Shown here piece by piece: positions 13,685 through 27,005 of a DNA stretch of 64,000 bases. Source of the DNA: Lytechinus pictus (lineage: Eukaryota); the NCBI RefSeq assembly GCF_037042905.1, contig NC_087245.1, forward strand, positions 21,764,001 to 21,828,000, written 5' to 3'. Both the position numbers and the translations under genes were made by a program. Each line of letters starts with the position of its first letter. Positions within the stretch are counted from its first letter, which is position 1. The notes beneath the pieces were generated by a model, which had not been told where the DNA came from, did no database searches, and worked only from the letters and a program-made list of their open reading frames with translations.

Positions 13685-15110
13685 CAGGCGCGTAGCCAGG
13701 GGGGGGGGGGCGGTGGGGGCGGTCGCCCCCCCCCCCCAAAAAAAAAAAAAACGTCCCCAAAAAGAAAAAAAAGAAGGGAAAAAAGAGAGGAGAAAAGGAA
13801 AAGGGAAGGGAGGAAAGGGAAGAAAGGTAGCTTTTTTTTTTTTTTTTTTTATTCTTTATTTATTTTTTCTCAAAAGAGAAACTCCTTCACTCTTGCGCGG
13901 TTAAATGACAATATTGAAGTTCTCCATTGTTTCCCCCACCCTTTCTCTAACCCTGTTTTTCCACCACAGCTATATGTGTTTCTTGCCAGTTAAAGTTCAA
14001 ATGTACACATTAGGGCATGGAATTTGAGTAAAATTAGGCCGAACTATATGAAGTTATCTTTTTTTTTAAATTGATCGCGCAACTTCTGGTCGGGTCGGCT
14101 TCGGGCGGGTAAAATCTTTAGATCGATTTCTGCCGTCACCTCCATAAAGTCAACTTTTCCCGCTTTTCAGCTCATTACTAAACAACCATAATTTTGGGGC
14201 AAACAGATTCCTAATCTAAAAAGAGGAAGGTATAAAATTTGTGTCGTATTAAATAAAAAGTACAATATTTTTATTGAATTCTATTAAACTTCATGTCATT
14301 TCCCTGCACATTCATCTCCTGTCCTGTTTTGCGCCCTCAGTTTGAAATTTTGAATGACCCTTGAGTTTCTTTATAGTTCAAAATGAAACGCTTCAGGATA
14401 AGTCAAAGAAATTAGGCATCCTTTTTTATATAATTTCAATAAATCACAGAAGTTTCAACTTTTTGCGCACTATTTTCCTTGTAATGAAGTTCAATAATCT
14501 TATAAAATCAATTGAATTAGAGCCGATGGGGAATTAGAGATATCTGCATTTGATGAAACGTCCGCCCTTTGAAATTTCAGAGTTTCATTGCTCTGCGCAG
14601 GGAGGAATATCTTCCTCCCGGCATATACACTTCTCCTCTGTTTTGCGAGTTAAAGATATGCACTGTCGCTAGATTGTTTGTAATCAAATCTGATCTTTCC
14701 AAGGGAAGTATTCAATGTATCTTTGAGAATACCCTTTTCTCGGGACCCTTTTCATGGCAAAAAAATTGATAACACGCTTTAGCTTTAGCGGGTTTATTAT
14801 TCTAATTTCCTTTTTTGCATGTTTTGTGCGTTCATAATCACTTTTGAAAACAAGGTTCATGAAAACAAGGTTCAAAATCACAATATAGTCAACTGAATTG
14901 GAGCTGATATAGGTACTAGAGACAAGAGAGACGGCTCCTTTTCATTTTAATTTATGAAACACCAAAAGCTTCGCGCTTCGCGAGGGAGGGGGAAACTCCA
15001 CCTCCCTGCACCCACCCCCTAGGGAGCGCGCTTCGCGCGCTCTGTAAGTGTTGGCACGCTTCGCGTGCATTTACCGCCCCCTCCAAAATGAAATCCTGGC
15101 TACGCGGTTG
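13685..15110 (+). mobile_element. hAT-like MITE, 1.4 kb (copy 1)
   Basis: caggcgcgtagccagg...cctggctacgcggttg, perfect 8-bp TSD atggaaca. Inverted copy at 51775-53197. Confidence 0.88.
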
Positions 15111-15225
15111 ATGGAACACGAGCAGGTTTTTATATGGTAAAATTACCTTTTTTTAACATTTGTTTTTAAAAACTGTTTCCAAAATGTTAAATTCAAACAT
15201 TTTTAAAGATTTTTCCCGTAGCACA

Positions 15226-15400
15226 ACTATGCGTTGTGGTGTGCGCCCGTAATCCAAGCTGTGGGGAAGTTACAAATTGATGCAGAGGTTCGAGCCTTGG
15301 TCACGTCTTTCGGATGGTGACGTTAAAGGTCGGTCCCAGACGTAAATAATCATATCTGATTGATACACGTCTGACAAAACTCAAATGTACACACATACAC
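15226..15400 (+). mobile_element. SINE-like element with 7SL-like head, B box and Deu-like core
   Basis: gcgttgtggtgtgcgcccgtaatccaagct resembles the 7SL/Alu 5' end. B box ggttcgagcc at 15287. gtctttcggatggtgacgttaaa resembles the Deu domain. CA-rich tail. Confidence 0.6.
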
Positions 15401-16807
15401 CGTGATGTTAGGTGCCTATGTGAGTAAAATAATTTTTATGTGTGTGTGTTTTAATATTCAATGTGTGTTTTAATATTCAACTTCTCGGATTTCTTAAGAC
15501 TTTTTGTGTCCTATATCGAGAGAGTTTATTGTACATGAAAATGCTTCAGTTTTCAAGTAGTGTCATCGCCATCTTGAGTGACAAGTTACCAAATACATTG
15601 GAAAAGTTTGTTTTCATAAAAAAAATCTATTTTTTTAATTGAGAGGAGAGAGAGTAGAAGTTGCAGGCCTATAGCTCTAATTTATTTATTTCAGTAAAAG
15701 CCTGTACATGAAGGCGTCATTTTGTTGGAGGGACAGTGGACGTTTTTTAATAACTTCCTAAAAAAAAACTGTTTTAATTTATAACACTGAAAATTGAGAA
15801 AATCCAAAACGTTTTTAGTTCTAGTGGTTATTTACAAACCCTATCCACTGTGACAGTCATTATCCAACCGACGCCTCTAGGCGCTCACTCTCTTCTCTTC
15901 GATACAATTAATGTATTTGTGACTTTTTTGTGTTAATATTGATAAGTACTTTCAGCTGATTTAAGCAGGTAGGATTGTCATAGTCATATTACACACAATG
16001 GAATATGACTGAAAAAAAATATCCCAGCAAAGCGATTCAAAGCTTTCTTTACGGCCGGTCTAACTCACTTTTTTTCAATCAGAAATTAATTCTTACTCCA
16101 CGTCATGACATGCATGAGCCTAAATCCGATCATTTTAAAAGCATTATAGCTTTTCATATTAACTAGAAAAAAAAAATTAGGAATGTTCCACATAATCAAA
16201 ATATGATGGAATTAGGAATAACCCATACGCTGACTGGACGATGTCATCATAATGTTGTTAGATATTTACCGTACAACTGCAACATTCACATAGATTAACT
16301 ACAATTTTCCCCCAAATGAATAAATAAGAGAAAGAAAGATAGGGAATGAAGAGAAAACACATTAAACGGAAGAGGGAAGGATGAATAAATTAGTGAGAGG
16401 GGGAGAGGAAGAGGGGGGGGGGGCGAACAACGGAAGAACGTAATTTAAAGCCAAGTTCAAGAGGTAATAGGAGTTTAATGCCGCAATACATGTCCATTTG
16501 CTTATTATGCTGTCGTACGCTTGTCGACTTGATTGTGTATGAATAGGACCTTTCCTTCTCATTTTGTGGATTTCGTTTTTCTAAGAAGTATTTATTCGTC
16601 ATTCCTATAAATAACTGACCTTATGCTGTTAATAATCATTGATCGAACTGATCAAATGCAAATTTGCTAGAATGAGAATGATTGATACTGCTAACTCCAA
16701 TGACGCATGCCTCCTCTTATACATTTTTTTGGGGAAAAACAAGATTTAGGAAACTTCAGTACGTGTTATGAAAAATATGACTAATTATTAGATCTACATT
16801 TTACATT

Positions 16808-17335
16808 ATATCCTACATAGATTGAATCCTGTATAGTGATTGGTTCAAATTGCATCATGTGACCGAATATATTTCAACTATGATATTGCGTGACGTCAGA
16901 CCTCGATATATTTTTGGATATATCGAGGTCTGACGTCATCATTTCGCAAAACTGGATATCTAGCTAAACTCTCGGGCGCACCGGCCAGCGCGCTCTCTCT
17001 CCTGGGCAAGTCCAGCGATGCGTCGGCGCAGGCACTAATCTGCGTTCCGCTGAGCGCGGTGGCTCGGAGAAAAGTAGGTAATTCAAGTCAAGTAACCGGA
17101 CTTTGCAAGCTCAACGCATAGATTTTGGTTGTAAATTATCAAATGTAGGATATAAAACAAATATACCAGGCGTTTCATTCGAAAGCATAGTGGGAATTAT
17201 TAATCCTCGGTTGGACTGGCAAAACTACTATATTTCCCTCGGGGCTTCGCCCCTCGGGAAAAATAGTAATTGCCAGACCAACCTCGGATAAATAATTTCA
17301 CTATACTTTCTCAGAGCCTGATATATTTGTTTATT
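16808..17335. mobile_element. Multi-hairpin interspersed repeat (possibly Crypton-like non-autonomous element)
   Basis: Two adjacent inverted-repeat pairs and the hairpin ctcggggcttcgcccctcgg. Partial reverse copy at ~25645-25780. Family assignment uncertain. Confidence 0.45.
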
Positions 17336-19900
17336 GTATTGTATTTATAAGTGCTCCCTAATGCTAAGATTTTTAATATTGAAAGTTAAAAATTGTCTTA
17401 CTTGATTGGTATGGTTTTTTTTTGCTGCAGTATACATGCTACTGAAATCTCATTTTTTCCGGCTTTTCATCACAGACACCCCGATACTTTATTTCAAATC
17501 GAAAATCCACAGCCGAAGCTAGTAAATTTATTTTAGATACGCCCCCTCGCATAAAACATAACCGACGTCGCTTTTTGGAAGGCAAACTCTTGATTTCTTC
17601 AGAAAGATTAACTAAAAATGCGTGGGCGATTATAAATCAAATAGAAAAAAAAAACATCGGTATATAGATTGGGGTGAGGGTTGGGGCACATCAACCATAA
17701 AGTTCCACGAGTGGACCAATTAAGACTCAAGGAAGAAAGTAGGCAGAAGAAAAAAGGAAAGTAAAATGGATAAAGATATGATATAATTTTTCTAAATTTT
17801 ATAATCAAATCTATCTCTAAATAGAAAATCTTGAAGAGGTCATGAATTTTTGCTCGCTCTTTTTGTGTGTGTGCGTGTGTGAGTGTGAGTGTGTGTGTGG
17901 GGGGTGTTTTGTGTGTATGTTTTGTTTGGCTCATGATACCACTGGTAACGGGGAATTCATCGTTTAAATTATTGTGCGAGTGAATCCATATCTCTGATAG
18001 AAATTTTGGGAATATTTTTTTTTCAATTCTATGTAAACTGTTTTATTCTCTCAGTAAAACCTTACATAAAAACGAATGATACAAAGTTAAAATACCCGTG
18101 TTACATATCGATGTTCAAGTATAGATAGAATTGCATTATGATTCGGAGTCGTATACCGAGGGGTAGGAGGAAAAACAATCCTTATACTTTGGCCGACCCA
18201 TTTTGGCATTGTAATACGAATTGTAATATATATATACCTGACTGTGCGGTTTTTATATCATATGCTATTTTTTTTTTTTTTCATAAGTGAGTGCAGCTTC
18301 CATGGAAATTTTTGCAATGCTTTAAAAATAAATTGCCTCATCTATATTGGAAATAATTTGATCACTTATCAGCTACATAAATTACATATAACTCTACTAT
18401 ATTTTTGTAACATTGTTTGTCATAAAAATATTTAATTTCCTTAGTGTTTTCTTTTAATTCTCTTTCCTTGACACTAATAAAGAATTGCAATATGACTTTC
18501 ATTCCTCACATTTCTCAGAAAAGAAATATATCACCACTGTCTATTCTGTCCCTTTATCTAAAAAATGAATATCTTGTTTTCTTCTTTTGCTTCCTGATTT
18601 TGTTTACCATTTTACTTAATTTTTATTTCCGTCTTCAATGAAAATCAACCACCAGCAAAAAAAATAGTCAAGGTAATTTCCTTTCACTACATTTCCAATT
18701 GAGACGAAATGTTTTAAGTATTAGCATATTTACGGGAGAAGGGTTCCACATCGTCATCAGCGGCATTTGAGTGGCTAAAAAAACCGAAAAGAACGAAACA
18801 CAAAACAGTTATATGCACATCTCGGTTGGTATGCAAATGAGGGAACTGATGACATCACTAACTCACTATTTCTTTTGTATTTCATTATATTAAATACGAA
18901 ATATTCTAATTTTCTCCCCATTGTCCTGTGAAACAAAGTTTTATTTCTCCCTGAACATGTAATTACCATTGTTTAACATTTTATGGTTCATTCAAGTTTG
19001 TCCTTATTGTCAAATCTGTAAAAATTGAAATATTGTATAATTCAAACAATAAAAAACAAAAGAAATAGCGAGTGAGCGACATCATCGACTCTCTCATTTG
19101 CATGTAACTGACTCGTTCGTGTAACTATTTTATGAAAAATAAGCGAAACTTTAAAATGTCATAACTTTTTTTTTTTTACATCCGATTTTGATGAAATCTT
19201 CAGCATTATACTTGTCTGATTTTTCTCTATTGATTCAAATCAACATTTTTCTGAGGTGGACTTGACCTTTAAAGTCATTGGTGATTCTGAAATCCATTTG
19301 CGTCACTACCAATACCGTAATGAGAAAATTTTGAGGGGGCCAGACATTGGGTATCGTATGGGGCGACATGTCTAAAAAGCTGTGAGGGAAAAAAAATTGT
19401 GACAAATTTTGATATAATGTTTAGAAAATAATACAATTTTCACCCCCTTCCTTTTATGAGGATTAAAGAATGTAATGGCAAATGTGGTGGGTATAACATG
19501 ATCACATGATTTAAATGTTAGTATGTAGAGCAATATTGTACGTTTGGATAGGAATTTGTTAAAAAGGGTACAAGTGATCAGGGTTACAGGCCTGCAGAAT
19601 GTTCTTAGAATGTCCAGTTTTCAAGTCGGTATACACGGTATATCGAATAATTTCAGTTCGCGCTTTGCGCACGCACCATTTATCGATACTTTCGGAATTA
19701 TTATCTATTTCATTTCATTTATTTAGTTTCCACTTGTGGGCTGGGTGGCCCTCTTCAGCTACAGTACATGATGTTTTTTTCTGATGGGTGTATCGAAGCT
19801 TGTCAGTGTAATAATAATAATGATAATAATAATAATGATGATAATAATAATGATAATAACACCAAGCTCTCCTGTACATCAGCAACCGGATTGGTCTCCA

Positions 19901-20054
19901 GGTCCGTTTCATAAAGAGTTACAATAGTTGCAACTTTGCCATTATGGTAACTACCATGGTAACCTTGATTTTGATTGGCTGCTAAGCCCCATTGCTATGG
20001 TAGTTGCCATAATGGCAAAGTTGCAACTGTTGTTACTCTTTATGAAACGGGCCC
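19901..20054. mobile_element. Harbinger-like palindromic MITE
   Basis: ccgtttcataaagagt...actctttatgaaacgggccc inverted arms with CAG flanks. Confidence 0.7.
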
Positions 20055-20226
20055 CAGGAGTTGGTACAAATAATATGTCACGCCTCCGACTATCAATCAG
20101 ACACGTGACCAAATGAGAAGTTTTCATGACTTTACCTCTTGTTCTTTTCTTATATGATTTATTTTTCATGATTTGGATTTCTTTCAGCGAACCTATCTAT
20201 TAGTCAACAAAAACGTGGGAAACATC

Positions 20227-20311
20227 ATGTATTCAGGAAAAAGTTTTCACCTTTCTGTTCTGAGTTCATCTCTACTCCTTGCTCTGATACTTGGCAGAGC
20301 ACGTGGAACGA
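20227..20311 (+). CDS. Receptor gene coding exon 1: signal peptide (MYSGKSFHLSVLSSSLLLALILGRARGT)
   Basis: ATG at 20227, hydrophobic signal-like stretch, donor A|GTAAGT at 20312 (phase 1). An acceptor ctttcag at 20187 implies an upstream non-coding exon. Confidence 0.8.
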
Positions 20312-20530
20312 GTAAGTACGTGTCATACCCCATGGAGGTAATGGCGTACCATCTTATTCATTTACCATAAAGCCATGTTTGATAAAACTATATCAGGCAT
20401 GCTTTATTGGTTTTTTGTTTGCAGAATGTAGACAAACGATCCCTGCCTCGCTACAGACTTACTGGCCATTTGAGAAAGGAATTATAATGGAATTTACTTG
20501 TCGCTGGCTCCATGGCCTCTGTCATGTCTG

Positions 20531-20678
20531 GGGCCCGTTGCAGAAAGAGTTGCAATCAATTGCAACTCTAAAAATCAAGCGCAACTTGATTTTCAACCAA
20601 TCAACAGCGCGCATTTGGGACTTGCGATTTTTTTTTTTTTTACTTGCGTTTAAACGCAACTCTTTCTGCAACGGGCCC
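20531..20678. mobile_element. Harbinger-like palindromic MITE
   Basis: Perfect 23-bp TIR gggcccgttgcagaaagagttgc, TSD CTG. Confidence 0.85.
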
Positions 20679-21817
20679 CTGGTCAGAAATATAAGCAGAC
20701 ACATAGCTAACTTTTACGAGGGAAAGCAAAAAATAATGAAACGTTGCAATATTTCTTGAAATATGTTTTAAAATTATTCAACTTGCCGCATGTGGCCGTA
20801 ACTGTGACACATCATAGCACAGCAAATTAATCTTAAATCTTTTTAATGTGGAGTCTTGCGATAATTAATAAAATGCTGGTATAAAAATTGTCAAATTACG
20901 AATGTATACACATTTTGAAACTGTTATACAATGTTTCGCCCAATTTTTAGGACACAATAGGCTTTGAGATATTATTCACGTTTCGTGATCAAATAATATC
21001 AGAAATATTCCCAACTATCTATTTTCAATACAAAACTCTTATAAGTTTTCCCATGAAGCTGGCGGCATCACAGGTCACTAACAAAGGCTACAGTATTATG
21101 CATTCATTTGTATTTCCTTAGAAAATGGCAAATTTTGCTGATGAGTGGTGTATGAATAATAATATGGTCCCTAGTCATACAGCAGAACCCTGGCTTGGCC
21201 ATTGTGACGTATTTTGCAGAGGCGTCATTCCTGGGGGTAGGGAGGGTCGTCCACATGAAAACATTGGGGGCAAACCTATGATTCCACCCCATATAGTTTT
21301 GACATCGTAAAAAAATTAATAATGTATTGTAAATATGTTTTTAAAACATTGAAAAACACTATAAACCATTAAAATTGCATTAAAATGCTACTACGCAAAC
21401 AATTCTTGCTTATAATTGGGCGTGAGTTTTTAACATTTATTTTCACTCCCACCCCACCCATCCAAATCATGGATCGATCGTTTTACAAAACGCAATGACA
21501 TATAGACATGGCCATCCGGCCATATTGGAATAAAGGCCTTACGTCACAATGTTGATTGTGTATACACTGATGTTTCATAATGTGTTCTTGTTTGTCTCAG
21601 TACCCACTCTCGACATAAAAACAAACTGCCACCAAGAATTGTACATCCTAGTATCAAAAAGTGAATTCTTGATATCAAAATTTCAATTCAATTGCATTTT
21701 TTTTTCACTTTGAAGAAATGGGGAAAAAAGTGTTAAAAGGGCCCGCCATACTCCCACTTCACTGTAGGCCCTTTATCTGCCTGAGCAGAAACTCTTTAAT
21801 GACGCATTTGTGATTAA

Positions 21818-22400
21818 AGGTCAAGTCCACTCCAGAAAAATGTTGATTCAAATCAATAGAGAAAGGTAAAAAAAAATAATGCTGAAAGTTTCGTCAAAAT
21901 CGGATATAAAATAAGAAAGTTATGATATACTAAAGTTTCGCTTATTTTCACAAAAGTTATATGCACAATTCAGTAATATGCAAATGAGAGATTCGATGAT
22001 GCTCACTCACTATTTCTTTTGTTTTTTATTGTTTGAATTATGCAATATTCCAGTTTTATACGGATTTGACAGTAAGGACCAACTTGACAATACCATAAAT
22101 GTTAAAACAATGGTAATGCACACATGATCAAGGAGGAAGAAAACTTTGTTTCACAAGAGAATGAGGAGAAACTTAGAATATTTCATATATGATACAAAAG
22201 AAATAGTGAGTGATGTCATCGGTCCCCTCATTTGCATACTGACCAGGATGTGCATGTGACTGTTTTGTGAAATTAAGCGAAACTTTAAAATGCCATAACT
22301 TCTTATTTTACATCCGATTTTGATGAAATGTTTAGTGTTATGCTTGTTGGATTTTTCACTTTTTATTCAAATCAACTTTTTGTTGGGGTGGACTTGTCCT
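21818..22400. mobile_element. TTAA-targeting MITE (Kolobok-like); related copies at ~18790-19268 and 26631-28384
   Basis: ttaa|aggtcaagtccac...gtggacttgtcct termini and long inverted arms shared among three copies. Confidence 0.75.
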
Positions 22401-22663
22401 TTCTATAATATAACCTTAGCGAAAAAAGGGGGCAATGGTAATAATGATATAGATTAAGCCGATGGGGGCGGTAACCCATATATTTTTTAATAGATTAAAT
22501 TTTGTTATGATTGTGTTTCATGAGATAACTTCCTGCAGTGAACTGAATGAAGGGGTAGATAATCTGAAAAAAAGAGAGATGGTTTTGCAATTTTATGAAA
22601 AGTCATAACATTTACCTAAACGTTCTTTTCTTTTTGATGAGAATATATCCTTTCTCATTACAG

Positions 22664-23005
22664 GCACGATCAACATTAGTCTTACTGCTGGTGTTGTTAC
22701 AAGCTTGAAATCTTCGAACTATCCTGACAAGTACGAAAACAATTTACACACTCGTTGGCATGTACACGCACCATCGTCACAAAGAATCCTCGTCACGTTT
22801 AATGATTTCTACACTCAACTTGAAGACATTCTTTTTATCAAGGAAGAGAAAAATCCTTATAGATCAAAGTACACCGGGAAGCGTGTGGAAAGCCCTTTTC
22901 CACCTTTTCTCTCTTTAAGTAACCACATTGAAATCATATTTAATTCCGATTACGAAGAAAATAACAAGGGATTTAACTTGTCACTGTCTGCGACGATTCA
23001 AACTG
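22664..23005 (+). CDS. Receptor gene exon 2: CUB domain
   Basis: ttacag acceptor and G|GTGAGT donor, 342 bp, phase 1-1. CUB motifs SSNYPDKY, RILVTFNDF, SLSNHIEIIFNSD..KGF. Confidence 0.9.
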
Positions 23006-23335
23006 GTGAGTATTTTTAGTGGACTGAAATGTCTCGACAAAAAAGGATTTTTTGCACGCGACGCAGAACGCGTTCAAGAACATAAAAATTATTGTCAAAT
23101 GTTTTTTTTTATACCAGGCGGAAATGATTTTTCTTTTAATGTTGATATTTTATATGCTAAAAATTATATATTTTCAACTCGATATTTAAATGGTTATTTA
23201 TCGTTTTCATAATTTCAAAGTAATTAACATATTAACACGAGTAGGAACGTATTATAGATATGCAACAAATTAAGTTTATTGTAGATATTGATAGATCTAG
23301 GCAAATAAAACTTTTTTTATTTTTGTTTATCTATA

Positions 23336-24313
23336 CAGTGCGTATCAAAAAAAAGTTTACACTTTGAAAAAGCCCTGGGTATTAAAAAATATACAACATG
23401 TGGGTAGTTTTTCCACGTATAATGTTGTGTTTGGGTCTCATCTATCCAATGAAATTAAACGTTTTGACAGAATGTTACACTTGAGTGAGCACTGTCCATT
23501 TTTGTAAAACTCGCAGAAATCTGTTTGCGCAGAAATGCTCGTTTTCACGCTGTGTCAAGGGAAAAGGGCGAAATCAAACTTACCTTGCGAAACATTTCTC
23601 AAACATTTATCTTGTACTTTTAGTCAATTGAAATAAAATGGATCCATTCAAAGATTTTGTAACAATTTTGCCACTCAAATTGAAATTTCAACACTTAGTA
23701 AGCACAACCTTTACCCTTTTTGTGCCAGCTGGATCTGAGGACATAACTAAATCTAAACAAAAATTTATATCAGACATCTCCAGCAGTTTTTCACTAAGTT
23801 TTCATCATTTAAAGTAGGTTTACATTTCATTTTTCATTTAATACTTGTTTCTCCACACTTTTTCCAAGCTTGACAATGATTAACAAAATGAAAATCAAGC
23901 CTAAGCAATTTCATGTAAATCACAGCTCAGTGTAAACAAATATCGTCACGATGGCCTCGGTGTGTGGGGGAGTGGGGTGGGGCGCAATGCACTCTTCGAA
24001 GTGTTTTGGGCAAGGAAACAAGTTTAAAAGGGTAAAAGATATCTTCAAATCAATTTCATTAGCTAAATTCCACGTGTTCTTCATGATTAAGGTCTACTTT
24101 TATTCGCATAACAATTTCAAAGTTTTGCGCAAATCATTTTTCACGAACTTTTCAAAAGTAAGTGGTGCTCACTCAAGCGGAAATATTTTTCGACAGTTTT
24201 ATCGTCATTTGCTTAAATGGATCTGTACCAATGTTAAAATGTGAAAAAATCTTCAGGATATTACAAATGTATAATTTTGTATAAAAGTGTAAACTTTGTT
24301 TTGATACGCACTG
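23336..24313 (+). mobile_element. Tc1/mariner-like MITE (copy 1)
   Basis: TA|cagtgcgtatcaaaa...tttgatacgcactg|TA. Direct copy at 53451-54433. Confidence 0.88.
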
Positions 24314-26233
24314 TACATGTGTAATATTTTATAATTGTATGTATTACATGCATTATTTATTTCATTATATGATTTTTGGAGAAATATTGAATAAAGTCTT
24401 CCTTTGAAATAAAAAAAAAGTCATTCATATAAAAAAGAGTGACTTCAGAAGTCTTTATTGAAAATAAGTGAATCAAAACAGCAGTTTCATCCTGGACTCT
24501 GGACAAACGACATACAGTCTTCGAAACTTAGGACGAAACTGCTGTTCTGGTTCACCGCTTTTCGACTTGAAAGACTTCCTTGGAAGCTGCATGTCCTTTG
24601 TCATTTGACAGTCATTTCTAATACATTCAATGTGTTTTTTAATTCGTTCTACGTCGCTGAAGCGAAAACTTTGACATGTACGTATATCATGGGTTAGTAC
24701 TAGTAATATCTGTAAAGCGCTTAGACACGTCATTTAGATGTATTAAGCGCTATATAAAAGCGGATTATTATTATTATGGACCTATTAATAAGAGATGGAC
24801 ATTCATTGAATTCACTAACATGTGGCTGTTATTGTAATCTGAATAATATTCTCTTCATACTTGTCCACTTTGGTTATATGATCGTTACCGTGAGAAGGGC
24901 CTGAAGCAGTTCATGATTGGAACTTTCGATTTCACAGATTGTATGCGCAATTGATAAGAAATCACTCAAATCATGGAAAATCGATGTGCAGTTCATGTTT
25001 ACCTTTGGTAATCTTAGTTCCATGTGTTTTAATTGGGAAATTGTCTGCATATTTTGATATAGAGGCAAATTTGTCATTGATTGTTAACCAATATTCCAGA
25101 TATAAGTGGCAATTAACGTGTACGGATCGTGTATCTCTCAATGTTATTGAGGTCCTTACGTGCGTCCGGATCGAATTATCACATTAAGTTATATCACAGA
25201 AATCGTCCACTTGACTGCTTCTCAAGTTTAAAAACTAAGACCGGGAAACTGATCCGACTTTAAGTGATCATGTATGTCTTGGTAGTCATGGTAATTGATA
25301 TTGTCACAACACCTGTATGTTCTTATTAAGATGTATAACCAGGTGACGGTGACTATCATTAGATCAAGAAATGCTCGCGTTAATCGTCCATCTCTTCGAT
25401 CTATAAAAAAATACTGCAGTGTCTTGAATGAACCACTACAAAAACAAAGTTGAGGAGTGTAAAAATGTCAGATTCTAAACGTCTTTGCAATGCTACTACC
25501 TTTTTTTGGGGGGGGGGGCATATGCCCCTCTCTCATGTGCCCCCCCCCCCCTCTCTCGGCTGAAAAAGGGGGATGAGACAAAGAGGGAGAAATAAAGAGA
25601 AACGTCGTGGGGAAAGAATAAATTATTGTATATTATACAATTAGATCAGGCTTTGTATCACTATTTTCTCCGAGGGGCGAAGCCCCGAGGAAAAATAGTT
25701 GTTGCCAGTCCAACCGAGGATTAATAATTCCCACTATGCTTTCGAAGGAAACGCCTGATATATTTGTTTTATAGTCCTTCCTAATGTGAAAACAATAAAG
25801 ACCAATTCTATCGTTGCCGGACCTAGTCGACCTAGTCCTACAATGTAGGCCTGTCGAGCTAATGCTAACCAGAGTCCTCTGCGCTGCGCCTTTGCACTCA
25901 AATTGTAAACGCGCAGGCTAACTTAATCGGATCCTGACTCACCTTATTAGGTATTATTTGAATAATCCTGTATGACAGACCGCCATGGAATTAAATTTTC
26001 TCCATGATGATCCAGACCCGATTCCACATTGTTTTTTATTCTTTAAATGAAATCTTTATATCAAGAAAAATAATTAAATGTTATAAACGGCTAAGCGCGC
26101 TTTGCGCGACCACCAAGTGACTCATTTTTTTTTGCTGGTGCTTCCCCCCATGCCTCGACCCATGGTACACCGCTGTATAGGCTTACCTCACATAATTTAT
26201 GTTCTCAAACGTTTCTCTCTTTCTCTTCTCAAG

Positions 26234-26446
26234 AAATTAGTACTTCTTCTCAAAACGAAGCTGGAAACGAAAGATCTAAGGAATCGGAGCATATCAGAGT
26301 CTTAAATCAAATAGTATGTAGAGACAAATGGCATGCCGGTGTTGCAGACACTATTTGTAGAGAGGCAGGTTTTCCAGGATCATACGAAACATCATGGGGT
26401 GATTCTACTACAATATTAAATGGAACAAGCTATACGTGTAATGAAA
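26234..26446 (+). CDS. Receptor gene exon 3: SRCR domain, N-terminal part
   Basis: Polypyrimidine acceptor ttctcttctcaag, donor A|GTGAGT, 213 bp, phase 1-1. VCRDKWHAGVADTICREAGFPG matches the SRCR VCxxxW...A.VVCRQLG pattern. Confidence 0.85.
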
Positions 26447-27005
26447 GTGAGTATGGACCACTTTGTGGAGCAATATCTGGATCGAAAAAAGTAGCAACAG
26501 CTTCTTATGCCAGTTATTAATATTATAATTAACATTGAATGTATTCATGAAATAAGTACATGTATTCATTTGAAACTGAATTACTGTATTTGATACCTTT
26601 TGAGGGAACGACTAGGGGAAAAAACATTAAAGGCCAAATTTACCTCAGAAAACAAATGTTGATTTGAATCAAAATAGAGAAAAAAGAAACACTAAAAATT
26701 TAATCAACTTCCGATCGGATGTAAAATAAAAACGTTATGACATGTTAAATGTTTGTTTATTTTTCACACAAAGCACAACTCAGTGATATGCAAATGAGAG
26801 TCAATCACTCACTATTTTGGGTTTTTTTTATTGTTTGAATTATACAATATTTCAAATTTTACAAATTTGACAATAATGTCTAATTTGACCGGACCACAAA
26901 GTGTTAAAACAATGAATCAATGAAAATTATACATGTTCAGAGATGAATAAGACTTTGTTTCATAATTATGACAAGAATCAGAAAATTAAAGTATTTCTTA
27001 TAATG

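Noticed and set aside
15231..15300. Functional 7SL (SRP RNA) or tRNA gene
   Set aside because: Similarity covers only the 5' Alu portion. No S domain or cloverleaf is evident, so it is treated as a SINE head.
23951..24244. ORF MASVCGGVGWG..., repeated at 54065
   Set aside because: Lies inside two copies of a Tc1-like MITE, has different stops in the two copies, and shows no transposase motifs.
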